DNA from: Deltaproteobacteria bacterium CG11_big_fil_rev_8_21_14_0_20_47_16
Lineage (GTDB): Bacteria; UBA10199; GCA-002796325; 1-14-0-20-47-16
Reading direction: 5' to 3'
NCBI GenBank assembly: GCA_002796325.1
Contig: PCXA01000006.1
Coordinates: 970-64,969, forward strand
DNA length: 64,000 nt
Below the pieces are notes generated by a model that worked only from the letters and a program-made list of their open reading frames with translations, was not told where the DNA came from and made no database searches. Position numbers and translations under genes: made by a program. Position 1 is the stretch's first letter. Each line of letters starts with the position of its first letter. This document shows positions 29,091-39,049 of the stretch, in pieces.

Positions 29091-29596
29091 GAATAAACAG
29101 ATGTTGCCCCTTGTTGCGCTTGCTGGGCGAGCAAGTTGTAATGATTATCGAACGGATTGCCATATGAGTTTGCGTCTGTTGACACAGTCCCAGCCGCCGA
29201 CGCCAAGCTTCGTTCTGCAATATCGGGAATGTCGCCTTCATCAGGTGGTTCCATTGGGGAGCGCCTCACAGGACTTAATCCCCATACAGAATCCACAAAC
29301 TTCTTCATTGCCTTGGCAATGCGCAACGCCATGTCCCCTTCCTTTTTGGCATGGAAGGATTCACGTAAAAATTCAACATAGGTGTCATGATCGTCTTGAT
29401 TACCAAAGCGCGGGAAGTTATCACTTTCTGTGCTTGTGGGGTCAGGCTTAGTGGCGGCATCCGTCAGTGGCATTCCAGAATTTGGTTTGGCCTTTTGCTG
29501 CCGTTCGAGACGTCTGGCATCACCTGCAACATCCGGCACTTCCGCGGACTGGCGGGGTTTTGGAGATGCGCTATTTGGGGTACGTGAAGGTGCCAT
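29087..29596 (-). CDS. Hypothetical, largely disordered protein
   Basis: 169-aa ORF directly behind a sigma28-like promoter. Confidence 0.65.
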   Translation of the reverse strand: MAPSRTPNSASPKPRQSAEVPDVAGDARRLERQQKAKPNSGMPLTDAATKPDPTSTESDNFPRFGNQDDHDTYVEFLRESFHAKKEGDMALRIAKAMKKFVDSVWGLSPVRRSPMEPPDEGDIPDIAERSLASAAGTVSTDANSYGNPFDNHYNLLAQQAQQGATSVYS

Positions 29597-29609
29597 AATC
29601 TCTTTATAG

Positions 29610-29636
29610 TATCGGCAAAATTGTACCAGAAGTTGC
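29610..29636 (-). promoter_or_regulatory. sigma28-like promoter GCAAC-N16-CCGATA
   Basis: Minus strand GCAACTTCTGGTACAATTTTGCCGATA, 14 nt upstream of ATG 29596. Confidence 0.7.
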
Positions 29637-29638
29637 GA

Positions 29639-31906
29639 CTATTGCACCAAATTCAATGCAGAACCTGCCCAGAACCATTTAATTTGCTCTGGCGTCAAGG
29701 AATGGCGCGCTTTGAAGGATTCTTTATCCCCACTGGCATGGTGGAGTTCCACCGTGATGGTGCTGCCGGGCTTGAGCTGGTCCTTCAGATTAGGAATCGT
29801 CACACGATCCATTTCCTGGACCTTGTCGTAGTCTTTGGCGTTTTCAAACGTGAGCGGCAACACGCCCTGCTTCTTCAAATTGGTTTCATGAATACGGGCG
29901 AAGCTGCGCACAATCACCACACCAGCGCCCAAGTAACGCGGGCTCATTGCTGCATGTTCACGTGAAGACCCTTCGCCGTAATTTTCGTCGCCCACAACGG
30001 CCCAGAAGTGACCTTTGGATTTGTAGTGGCGCGCAATTTCAGAAATGGCTTTGCCCTTTTCACCTGAAAGCAAGTCGGTTGCCTTACCAGATTCATCGGT
30101 AAAGGCATTGAGTGCGGCCAAGAACATGTTGTCACTGATCTTGTCCAAATGACCACGGTATTTAAGCCACTTGCCCGCAGGAGAAATATGGTCGGTGGTG
30201 CACTTGCCCTTCACTTTCAAAAGTAGTGGCATGTTGATGTACTCTTTGTCGCTACGCTCTGCGAATGGCAACAAGAGTTGCAAGCGATCACTAGCGGAAT
30301 CCACTTGGATATTCACAGCTGCGCTATCTGTTGCAGGCTCTTGATAGCCTTGACGCGCCAAAATGAACCCTTTGCTCGGCACTTCAGCAGCTGGCTTTGG
30401 TGCTTCCAATTTTACTTTGCGACCATCTTGGGTTTCAATTTCATCTTTTAATGGATTAAAACTCAAGCGACCTGCCAACCCCATCGCTACAACAATTTCG
30501 GGGCTCGCAATAAAAGCCATTGTGTCTGGGTTGCCATCGTTACGACGTGGGAAGTTGCGATTAAAGGACGTGATAATGGAATTCTTCTCACCCATCTTCA
30601 CATCATCGCGTTTCCACTGACCAATGCATGGACCACAGGCGTTGGATAAAACCACGCCACCTACAGCTTCTAAAGCTTCGAGTTGGCCATCACGACGAAT
30701 GGTTTCAAAAACAAGTTCGGAACCCGGCGACACCATGAATTGCGTTTGCATGGTGAGCCCCGCTTTTGTGGCCTGACGTGACACATCTGCAGACCGTTCA
30801 ATATCTTCATAGGATGAATTGGTGCAGCTCCCAATGAGCGCTGCTGAAATTTTATCGTTGTATCCGTTCTTCTCGACATCTTCTTTTAGCTTGGAAATGG
30901 GACGCGCCAAATCAGGTGTGTGCGGACCCACCACATAGGGTTCTAACGTATCGAGATCAATTTCGACAACACGGTCAAAATACTTGCTGGGATTTTGTTC
31001 CACTTCGGGATCAGCAGTAATCAAATCCAAATTGGCATCCGCCACTTTGGTTAATGCCGCACGTTCTGTGGCATCCAAGTACAATGCCATGCGGGGGTCA
31101 TAGGGGAAGATGGATGTCGTCGCACCGAGCTCTGCACCCATGTTGGTGATTGTTGCTTTACCGGTGCAGCTGATCGACTTGGTGCCGGGACCAAAATATT
31201 CAATAATGCAGTTGGTACCACCCTTGGTGGTGAGTTCACCGCAGACCTTCAGAATAATATCCTTCGGTGCCGTCCATCCGTTCATTTTTCCGGTCAGCTT
31301 CACACCGATCAACTTGGGGTGCAGCACTTCCCATGGCAGACCCACCATCACGTCGACCGCGTCGGCACCACCCACACCACAAGCCACCATACCCAAACCA
31401 CCGGCATTTGGTGTGTGTGAATCGGTTCCGATAATCAAGCCACCCGGAAACGCATAATTTTCTAAAACTACTTGGTGAATAATGCCTGAGCCAGGTTTCC
31501 AAAATCCAATACCGAACTTGTTACAAGCGGAACTTAAGAAGTCATAGACTTCGCGATTTTCAGACAACGCATCACTCAAATCATGTTGCGCACCTTGATA
31601 CGCACGAATCAAGTGATCGCAATGCACAGTCGATGGCACCGCCGTCGTTGGCTTTTGGGCTTGCATGAATTGCAGAATTGCCATTTGTGCGGTTGCATCC
31701 TGCATCACCACACGATCAGGGTGCAAAGCCAAAATAGCTTTACCAGGTGCCAACTCTTGATTTTCAGGATCATGTAAATGACCAAAGAGAACCTTTTCAG
31801 CCAACGTCAATGGACGATTCAGACGTTTGCGTACAACTGCCAAACGCTCACGTGCTTTCTTATAAATTGAGGACATCATCTCAGGGGTCGTATCAAGTTT
31901 GGACAT
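29639..31906 (-). CDS. Aconitate hydratase (mitochondrial-type)
   Basis: QDATAQMA, HCDHLI, DSHT, GSCTNSS, NACGPCIG, TTDHIS, GSSREHA. Confidence 0.95.
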   Translation of the reverse strand: MSKLDTTPEMMSSIYKKARERLAVVRKRLNRPLTLAEKVLFGHLHDPENQELAPGKAILALHPDRVVMQDATAQMAILQFMQAQKPTTAVPSTVHCDHLIRAYQGAQHDLSDALSENREVYDFLSSACNKFGIGFWKPGSGIIHQVVLENYAFPGGLIIGTDSHTPNAGGLGMVACGVGGADAVDVMVGLPWEVLHPKLIGVKLTGKMNGWTAPKDIILKVCGELTTKGGTNCIIEYFGPGTKSISCTGKATITNMGAELGATTSIFPYDPRMALYLDATERAALTKVADANLDLITADPEVEQNPSKYFDRVVEIDLDTLEPYVVGPHTPDLARPISKLKEDVEKNGYNDKISAALIGSCTNSSYEDIERSADVSRQATKAGLTMQTQFMVSPGSELVFETIRRDGQLEALEAVGGVVLSNACGPCIGQWKRDDVKMGEKNSIITSFNRNFPRRNDGNPDTMAFIASPEIVVAMGLAGRLSFNPLKDEIETQDGRKVKLEAPKPAAEVPSKGFILARQGYQEPATDSAAVNIQVDSASDRLQLLLPFAERSDKEYINMPLLLKVKGKCTTDHISPAGKWLKYRGHLDKISDNMFLAALNAFTDESGKATDLLSGEKGKAISEIARHYKSKGHFWAVVGDENYGEGSSREHAAMSPRYLGAGVVIVRSFARIHETNLKKQGVLPLTFENAKDYDKVQEMDRVTIPNLKDQLKPGSTITVELHHASGDKESFKARHSLTPEQIKWFWAGSALNLVQ

Positions 31907-32060
31907 TGTATTCTCCTTTTCTTACTGACCTATTCTGCCGAATGATCTTATGTGAGTAAAATAGATAAACATTAAGCATCTTATAAGCACCACTAATAAG
32001 TAGTTGCGTAATGAGCCGCGTCGATAGCGGGATTTTCAGCAGATGACAAGGGTTACGTTA

Positions 32061-32507
32061 TCAGCACTTCGGCGTGCGATTTTCGATGGTATCACCAGGC
32101 TTAACACCATGCTTTCTGGCAAATCCCGCAGGCACTTCCAACACGAACCAATATGGAATGGGCGAGCTAATCAGCGTTTCATCCATCGGTCGGGCATCTT
32201 CATGAATATGCAAAACCACCATATTGTATCCCACGAAAAGCAAATCTAATGGCACATAGGTATTCTTCATCCAAAAGGACGCCGTACTGGCGTGCCCCAT
32301 AACAAACCACATGCCCTGATTCGCGCCCAGCTTCTTGCGAAACATGAGCCCCTTTTGGTGCAACGTCGGCGTATTCGCCACTTCGGCCTTCACAATCGCA
32401 TCACCTACTTTAAAAATAGCACGACTCTCATCACAAGCAGCCGCTGCGTGAGTACAGATCAAAAGAAATATAACGGTGAAAAGAACATGACCCTTCTTTA
32501 AACTCAC
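32061..32507 (-). CDS. DUF192 family protein
   Basis: GLMFR, FWMKNT..PLD, VLEVPAG. Confidence 0.9.
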   Translation of the reverse strand: MSLKKGHVLFTVIFLLICTHAAAACDESRAIFKVGDAIVKAEVANTPTLHQKGLMFRKKLGANQGMWFVMGHASTASFWMKNTYVPLDLLFVGYNMVVLHIHEDARPMDETLISSPIPYWFVLEVPAGFARKHGVKPGDTIENRTPKC

Positions 32508-33361
32508 TGCTCACCCTCTTTCGTTTTGGCACGCCGATCCCAGGGCAACAGTTTATTGGCACGATCCACCGCATGACGTCGCTTTTCCATAAACTTTAAC
32601 TTTGCTGTAACTGCCTCATTATCTGGATACTGTGTACGAATTTCCCGTTCCAGCGCCACGGCATTCGGCAAATCATTAAGATCTTCGTAACACTGCGCCA
32701 TTTGCAACTTGGCCATTGGCACCAAGGTACTTTTTGGAAACAGTTCGATGACTTTCTTATAATAGGTAATGGCTTGGCTCTCATTGCCTTCTAAAAAATA
32801 CGTCTCGCCCATGTCGTACCATGACTGGGCCTGTATGTCGGCGGGTACGTCTTTGTCATTCAAGAGTGGCTGCAACTCCAAGCGTGCCTGTATAAAATTG
32901 TTCATCTTAAGATACATGGCCGCAATTTCATGCATAAATGAATATCGGTCTGGATTCTCGGGAAAATACTTCAAAAGATCGCTATACATCTCGATTACAC
33001 GATCATACCGACTTTCTTGCCCATATAGCTCTGCTAGATGCTGCATCGCCAACGCAGCATCTGACGAAAGCGGCCACTTCTGTAAAACAACATTATACGT
33101 ATCAACCGCATGGTCATTTTCTTTGAGATTATAAAAATAGAGGTCTCCAAGGTGCAAATACACCTTGGACAACTTGGGCTTCCCCGGAAACTTTTTGATA
33201 ATGGATTGATAGGCCGAAAGCGCTGCATCAAAATTCTGAGCACCACGCAACGCATCCGCAGATTTTAATGCACGATCAATACGAGAAGAAGTACAGGCAG
33301 ACACAACCAAGACACAGATAACGGGCCAAGCCAACCTCTTTAAGATACATGAGATCGCCAT
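32504..33361 (-). CDS. TPR lipoprotein (BamD/CpoB-like)
   Basis: Lipobox VSAC, multiple TPRs ending in FP/YP; SD AAGGAG before ATG 33361. Confidence 0.8.
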   Translation of the reverse strand: MAISCILKRLAWPVICVLVVSACTSSRIDRALKSADALRGAQNFDAALSAYQSIIKKFPGKPKLSKVYLHLGDLYFYNLKENDHAVDTYNVVLQKWPLSSDAALAMQHLAELYGQESRYDRVIEMYSDLLKYFPENPDRYSFMHEIAAMYLKMNNFIQARLELQPLLNDKDVPADIQAQSWYDMGETYFLEGNESQAITYYKKVIELFPKSTLVPMAKLQMAQCYEDLNDLPNAVALEREIRTQYPDNEAVTAKLKFMEKRRHAVDRANKLLPWDRRAKTKEGEQ

Positions 33362-33395
33362 GTCGCTACACTCCTTGCGATAACATGTGAGCCAC

Positions 33396-35840
33396 TTACT
33401 CCCCGCCTTCTTCTTCATTTTCGACAAGCTTGGCGAAAGAAACAACATGCTCGCCCTTCTCCAAATTGATCAAACGCACACCCTGAGTGTTACGACCGAT
33501 AACCGAGATGTCCTTAGCATGCTGGCGAATTACTTTACCACCATTTGTGACCATCATGATGTCGTCGGTATCACCAGCAACCATTGTACCAACTACAGGA
33601 CCGTTACGATCCGTTGTCTTGATGGTAATGATACCACTGCCACCACGCCCTTGGATGCGATACTCATCGGAGTCAGTGCGTTTTCCGTAGCCATTTTGTG
33701 TGACCGTGAGAATGTTGCATTTTTGCGAGACCGTTTCCATGCTCACCACTGCATCACCCTTGGAAAGTGTGATGCCGCGCACGCCGCGTGATGTACGACC
33801 AATGGGTCGCGCATCTTCTTCCTTAAAGCGAATTGCCTGACCTTCCTTGGTGGACAGCAGAATGTCTTGTTTACCATCTGTTAAACGCACAGAAACAATC
33901 GCGTCTTCAGCATCAAGCGTAATGCCAATGATACCACCCGCACGCGGGCGACTGTATTCCATAAGATCGGTCTTCTTCACGACACCGTTTTTGGTGCCCA
34001 TGACAATAAACTGACCTTCCGCAAATTCACGAATCGGGAGAATGGCCGCAATAGAGTCTGTATTTGGCATGTTAATCAAATTGGTAATTGCTTTACCCTT
34101 TGCTGTACGACCAATTTGGGGGATTTCGTGCACCTTGAGCCAATAGACTTGACCCGATGCTGCAAACACCAACATGGTGCAGTGAGTGGTTGCAATAAAG
34201 AGATTGCTGACAAAGTCTTCTTCACCAGTCGACATACCCGTCTTGCCACGCCCACCGCGACGCTGCGCCCGATAGATGCTGATCGGATTGCGTTTAATAT
34301 AACCATTATGGGAAATGGTGACAACCATGTCTTCTTCTTGAATTAAGTCTTCGACCGACATGTCTTCGGTTTGCTGCGCGATAATTTCTGTGCGACGTTC
34401 GTCCGCATATTTGCTGCGGATTTCTTTGAGTTCATCAACAATAATTTTGGTCACACGCTTTTCGCTCGCCAAAATATCTTTCAAATCTTTGATGGTTTCA
34501 AGAATGGCCTTGTATTCTTGAATGATCTTGTCGCGTTCCAAACCAGTCAAACGCTGCAGACGCATATCCAAAATGGCTTGCGCCTGAATTTCAGAGAGGC
34601 TGTACTTTTTAATCAAGCCCGTCTTGGCTTCTTCTGGGGACTTGCTCTTCTTAATAAGCGCTACAACATCGTCGATATTTTCGACCGCAATTTTTAAGCC
34701 TTCCAAAATGTGTGCGCGTTCTTCGGCTTTGCGAAGTTCATAGGCCGTTCGACGGATAACCACTTCACGACGGTGATCCACAAATCGTTCGAGCATTGAC
34801 TTGAGCGGCAAGACTTTGGGCTGACCTGACACGATCGAGAGCATGATCACACCAAAGGATGACTGCATGGCGGTGTATTTATAGAGCTGATTCAAAATAA
34901 CACCGGCAACAGTACCGCGTTTGAGCTCCACAACGATTCGCATTCCATCACGATCAGATTCGTCACGCAGGTCAGAAATACCTTCAATCTTTCCATCTTG
35001 CACCAAGTTGGCAATGTGCTCAATCAACTTGGCCTTATTTACCTGAAATGGAATTTCGGTAATCACGATACTTTCACGATCACCACGTGCAATGGTTTCA
35101 ATCATGGCCTTGGCACGCATTTGGATAATGCCCTTGCCTGTTTCATAGGCCTTTTTAATTCCTTCGCGCCCGTTGATGCTAGCACCTGTTGGGAAATCAG
35201 GGCCTTTAATATGGCGCATGAGTTGTGCTGTTGTGATGTTGGGATCTTCCATGACCGCAATGGTGCCATCAATCACTTCACCCAGATTGTGTGGCGGAAT
35301 CTTGGTGGCCATACCCACGGCAATACCATCCGAACCATTTACCAATAAGTTGGGAACACGTGTGGGGAGAACAACCGGTTCAACGGTCGAGTCATCAAAG
35401 TTGGGAGAAAAATCAACGGTGTCTTTATCAATATCAGCAAGCAATTCTTCAGCCAACTTGGTCAGTTTGGCTTCGGTATAACGATATGCAGCAGCAGAAT
35501 CACCGTCAACGCTACCAAAGTTACCCTGTCCATCAATCAAGGGATAGCGCATGTTCCAAGGCTGCGCCATACGCACCAAAGTGTCGTACACAGCCATGTC
35601 ACCATGCGGATGGTATTTCTTGAGCACTTCACCCACCACACCAGCGCACTTGGAGTAACGCTTGTTAGCGAGAAGTCCTTCTCTGAACATGGCGTATAAT
35701 ATGCGGCGGTGCACAGGTTTGAGTCCATCACGTACATCGGGCAACGCACGCCCCACAATGACGCTCATGGAGTAATCGAGATACGCACTGCGCATCTCGT
35801 CTTCAATATTAATTGGAATTACTTCTGCGGAAACAACCAT
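33396..35840 (-). CDS. gyrA: DNA gyrase subunit A
   Basis: RALPDVRDGLKPV, YHPHGD, AAAYRYTE, GyrA box QRRGGRG. Confidence 0.98.
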   Translation of the reverse strand: MVVSAEVIPINIEDEMRSAYLDYSMSVIVGRALPDVRDGLKPVHRRILYAMFREGLLANKRYSKCAGVVGEVLKKYHPHGDMAVYDTLVRMAQPWNMRYPLIDGQGNFGSVDGDSAAAYRYTEAKLTKLAEELLADIDKDTVDFSPNFDDSTVEPVVLPTRVPNLLVNGSDGIAVGMATKIPPHNLGEVIDGTIAVMEDPNITTAQLMRHIKGPDFPTGASINGREGIKKAYETGKGIIQMRAKAMIETIARGDRESIVITEIPFQVNKAKLIEHIANLVQDGKIEGISDLRDESDRDGMRIVVELKRGTVAGVILNQLYKYTAMQSSFGVIMLSIVSGQPKVLPLKSMLERFVDHRREVVIRRTAYELRKAEERAHILEGLKIAVENIDDVVALIKKSKSPEEAKTGLIKKYSLSEIQAQAILDMRLQRLTGLERDKIIQEYKAILETIKDLKDILASEKRVTKIIVDELKEIRSKYADERRTEIIAQQTEDMSVEDLIQEEDMVVTISHNGYIKRNPISIYRAQRRGGRGKTGMSTGEEDFVSNLFIATTHCTMLVFAASGQVYWLKVHEIPQIGRTAKGKAITNLINMPNTDSIAAILPIREFAEGQFIVMGTKNGVVKKTDLMEYSRPRAGGIIGITLDAEDAIVSVRLTDGKQDILLSTKEGQAIRFKEEDARPIGRTSRGVRGITLSKGDAVVSMETVSQKCNILTVTQNGYGKRTDSDEYRIQGRGGSGIITIKTTDRNGPVVGTMVAGDTDDIMMVTNGGKVIRQHAKDISVIGRNTQGVRLINLEKGEHVVSFAKLVENEEEGGE

Positions 35841-36008
35841 GAATCCCCCGAATGCTGATGATTTATTGCTCTGCGCGTTATGAACACAAACACGTCTTGT
35901 GTCAACAAATGTGGCAAAAAATGCGGATGCCCGCAGATTTTTATTTGACAAGGGTTTGCGGGGAGAGTAAAAATTCTCTCATCTTAATCACGAAGGGGGG
36001 TGAATCAA

Positions 36009-36281
36009 ATGACAAAAGCAGAACTCGTGAATTACATCGCGAAGGATTGCAAGTTGCCCAAGGCAACAGCAGAGAAGGTGCTTAACTCAACCATTAACAA
36101 CGTGGCCAAATGTCTCCGTAAAAAGGACAAGATCACTTTGACTGGTTTCGGCACTTTCTATTGCGCCAAGCGCAAAGCCCGCAAGGGTCGCAATCCTCAA
36201 ACAGGCGCCGAGATCAACATCAAAGCCGCCACTGTGCCGCGCTTCAAGCCCGGTAAACAGCTTAAGGATTGGGTTGCATAA
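36009..36281 (+). CDS. hup: HU family DNA-binding protein
   Basis: MTKAEL, GFGTF, RKGRNPQTG, PRFKPGK; TTGACA promoter at 35945. Confidence 0.95.
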   Translation: MTKAELVNYIAKDCKLPKATAEKVLNSTINNVAKCLRKKDKITLTGFGTFYCAKRKARKGRNPQTGAEINIKAATVPRFKPGKQLKDWVA

Positions 36282-36307
36282 ATTGTTTTGAAATTGAAGC
36301 TTCAATC

Positions 36308-36341
36308 AAAAAATCCAAGTGCATCACCACTTGGATTTTTT
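36308..36341 (+). terminator. Rho-independent terminator
   Basis: AAAAAATCCAAGTG..CACTTGGATTTTTT. Confidence 0.85.
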
Positions 36342-36433
36342 GTTTTTAAGGGTGTCAAATTTTACACTATCCAGAATCCATTCCGTCGTAGTACACTCAC
36401 GAGCTCACAATTCAAACTAACCCAGGGGGGTCT

Positions 36434-36982
36434 ATGAATAAGAAATGCATTGCTGTACTCGCAGTTGCGGGGCTGTTCTTGGCGGTCAATACACATGCTG
36501 CCGATAAGATGGGAATGCGGGAAAAGATTCAAAATCCAATCAAGTGTACATTGGATTACAATACAAAGTCGTGGTCTGCACTCTATAAGAGTGGTCATGG
36601 CACAGGAACGGTTACATGCAACAATGGACAAACGGCTAAAGTTGACCTCCGCTATCATGGTGTTGGTGTTGAATTTGGTAAGGAAAAGACTGTAAATGGT
36701 ACAGGAACATTCTCTGACTTGAAGAGTCTTGATCAAATCTATGGATCTTATGCCACTTCATCCGGAAGCGCTGCTGTTGCAGGCGCCGCCACCGGACAAG
36801 TGTTGACCAAAGATGGTATCTCACTTTCAATGGGTGGTACCGGCAAAGGCGTTGACCTAGGCTTTAACTTTGGTGACTTCAGCATCAAGCCAGTGAAGGA
36901 ACAACCGGCTGTTGCGACAACACCAACACAAACACCCGTTCAAGCCACAGCACCCACAAAGACAACACCTATTAAGAAATAA
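36434..36982 (+). CDS. Exported hypothetical protein (Gly-rich beta domain)
   Basis: Signal peptide ending AHA-like; SD GGGGGG. Confidence 0.75.
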   Translation: MNKKCIAVLAVAGLFLAVNTHAADKMGMREKIQNPIKCTLDYNTKSWSALYKSGHGTGTVTCNNGQTAKVDLRYHGVGVEFGKEKTVNGTGTFSDLKSLDQIYGSYATSSGSAAVAGAATGQVLTKDGISLSMGGTGKGVDLGFNFGDFSIKPVKEQPAVATTPTQTPVQATAPTKTTPIKK

Positions 36983-37005
36983 TCTAAGCATTTGAAGTAA
37001 GCATT

Positions 37006-37036
37006 AAAAGCCCCTGCAATTGCAGGGGCTTTTTTT
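37006..37036 (+). terminator. Rho-independent terminator
   Basis: AGCCCCTGCAATTGCAGGGGCT + T-run. Confidence 0.85.
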
Positions 37037-37108
37037 GGCCTAAATTTGCATCCTTCTGTAATCGGAGTAGAATTAAGGTTGGGTCTATAACGACTAAGGG
37101 GGTGGGTT

Positions 37109-37372
37109 ATGGGAGAGAATAAGATGTGTTGTCCGGTGTGCTGGGCGACCTGCATATTGGTCATTGTTGGTGCACTGAACTGGGGATTGGTCGGCTTTTT
37201 CGATTTCAATCTCGTTAGCTATATTTTTGGCGACGCCAGTATGGCCAGCCGTGCAGTCTATGGGCTAGTAGGCATTGCAGGCTTACTCAAGCTCTTCACA
37301 TGTGTCAAAAAGTGTCCAGCGTGCTGTAAAGGAAAAGATGGCGACAAAGGCGGCACCTGCTGCGGGAACTAA
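37109..37372 (+). CDS. DUF378 family membrane protein
   Basis: LVIVGALNWGLVGFFDFNLV..IFG..R.VY.LVG. Confidence 0.9.
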   Translation: MGENKMCCPVCWATCILVIVGALNWGLVGFFDFNLVSYIFGDASMASRAVYGLVGIAGLLKLFTCVKKCPACCKGKDGDKGGTCCGN

Positions 37373-37383
37373 ATCATTCCACA

Positions 37384-37410
37384 AAATGCCCCTCAATATG
37401 AGGGGCATTT
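37384..37410 (+). terminator. Hairpin/terminator
   Basis: AAATGCCCCTCA-ATA-TGAGGGGCATTT. Confidence 0.7.
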
Positions 37411-37453
37411 ATGTCTCGACACTCTCAATCAGGATCGGTTAGACACCTCTGCC

Positions 37454-38998
37454 ATGTCCAAGCCATGCACACTAAAGTCCTCTTCTAAAAACCAGCCGCA
37501 CAGCGGCGATGAGGGGGAGGCTCCGTCCCGCATTGCGGGATCGGAGGGGGTGGCAAGTCGCGGCTCTGCCGAGACGCGCAGCAAAATTGAAAATTTTGCG
37601 GAGTCAAATAAACTAGCCCCCATAATTGATACCCATTGCCACATCGGATTTTCTGACTACGACGCAGACCGCGCCGAAGTCCTGCAACGCGCGTGGGATG
37701 CCGGCCTTGAATCCATCATCATGATTGGCGCAGGCCAAGGCATTGAAGGCAATCAAAAGACGGTGGATTTAACCGCATTGGATGAACGTCTTTTTGCCAC
37801 AATTGGCGTTCACCCCCACGACGCTGAAAAACTCACTCCAGACGTCATTGCCGAATTTGAAAAATTGGCGAAGCATGACCGCGTGGTTGCCATTGGTGAA
37901 ATTGGACTGGACTACCACTACGATCATGCGCCGCGAAACATCCAACAAGAAGCATTTCGCCGACAGTTGGAATTGGCGAGCCATGCGGGCCTGCCCGTTA
38001 CGATTCACTCCCGCGATGCAGATGCCGACACCTACGCCATTCTGCGTGAGTTCTGGGAAGAAATCCCTGGCGGCGTCATGCACTGTTTTGGTGGCAATGT
38101 GGAAGCGGCTAAGGCCTGCTTTGACATGGGATTTTATATTTCGATTCCGGGAATCGTCACATTTAAAAAGGCAGAACAACTACAAGACGTCGTACGCGCC
38201 TGCCCCGTCGAAAAAATGCTGATTGAAACAGACGCACCCTACTTGGCACCCATCCCCTACCGCGGTAAACGCAACGAACCGTCATATGTAGCAGAAGTTG
38301 CCAAGGCAATTGCAGAGATCAAAGGACTTGCTTACGACGACGTTGCACGCATTACCACATTGAACGCCAAGCGCCTCTTTCGTCTACCCGGTGCGACAAT
38401 GGAACCACAAATCGCATATGCCATTCGCGACAGTCTCTATTTGAACATCACCAACAAATGCACACTTGCATGTAAGTTTTGCCCTAAATTCAAAGACTGG
38501 GAAGTCAAAGGCTATTACCTGCGCCTTCCCAAAGAACCGGACTTGCAAGATATCCTTCGTGCCATGGGCGACACATCACCGTACAAAGAGGTGGTTTTCT
38601 GTGGCTATGGCGAACCTACTAAACGATTAGAGCTACTAAAGGCGATTGCAGGTGAATTGAAAAAACGGGGCATTAAGGTACGTCTCAACACAGACGGACT
38701 TGGGAACTTAACACACAACCGCAATATTTTGCCTGAACTCAAAGGGCTCATTGACGCCATGTCGGTCAGCTTGAATGCCGCCAACCCACAGGATTATGTA
38801 AAATGGTGTCCCAATAAATATGGAGAAGCCGCTTACCCTGCTGTGAAAGCATTCATAAAAGAAGCCACGCAATACATTCCAGAAGTCATCGCCTCGGTAG
38901 TCACCGTACCCGGTTTGGACGTCGACGAGTGCCGTAGCATTGTCGAAAATGAGCTCGGAGCACGCTTCCGCGACCGCCCTTTCAATGAGGTTGGATAA
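37454..38998 (+). CDS. TatD family nuclease fused to TatD-associated radical SAM domain
   Basis: DTHCH, GVHPH, GEIGLDY, ETDAPY then YLNITNKCTLACKFC, VFCGYGEP. Confidence 0.92.
   Translation: MSKPCTLKSSSKNQPHSGDEGEAPSRIAGSEGVASRGSAETRSKIENFAESNKLAPIIDTHCHIGFSDYDADRAEVLQRAWDAGLESIIMIGAGQGIEGNQKTVDLTALDERLFATIGVHPHDAEKLTPDVIAEFEKLAKHDRVVAIGEIGLDYHYDHAPRNIQQEAFRRQLELASHAGLPVTIHSRDADADTYAILREFWEEIPGGVMHCFGGNVEAAKACFDMGFYISIPGIVTFKKAEQLQDVVRACPVEKMLIETDAPYLAPIPYRGKRNEPSYVAEVAKAIAEIKGLAYDDVARITTLNAKRLFRLPGATMEPQIAYAIRDSLYLNITNKCTLACKFCPKFKDWEVKGYYLRLPKEPDLQDILRAMGDTSPYKEVVFCGYGEPTKRLELLKAIAGELKKRGIKVRLNTDGLGNLTHNRNILPELKGLIDAMSVSLNAANPQDYVKWCPNKYGEAAYPAVKAFIKEATQYIPEVIASVVTVPGLDVDECRSIVENELGARFRDRPFNEVG
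37494..37554 (+). repeat. Palindromic repeat element copy 1 (in frame in TatD N-terminal extension)
   Basis: AGCCGCACAGCGGCGATGAGGGGGAGGCTCC-hairpin-GGAGGGGGTGGC; similar to 49301-49368. Confidence 0.75.
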
Positions 38999-39049
38999 TT
39001 TAAAGCAATTCTGGCGATTTTCTGAAAATTCGGCTAAAGGGCGCCGCCT

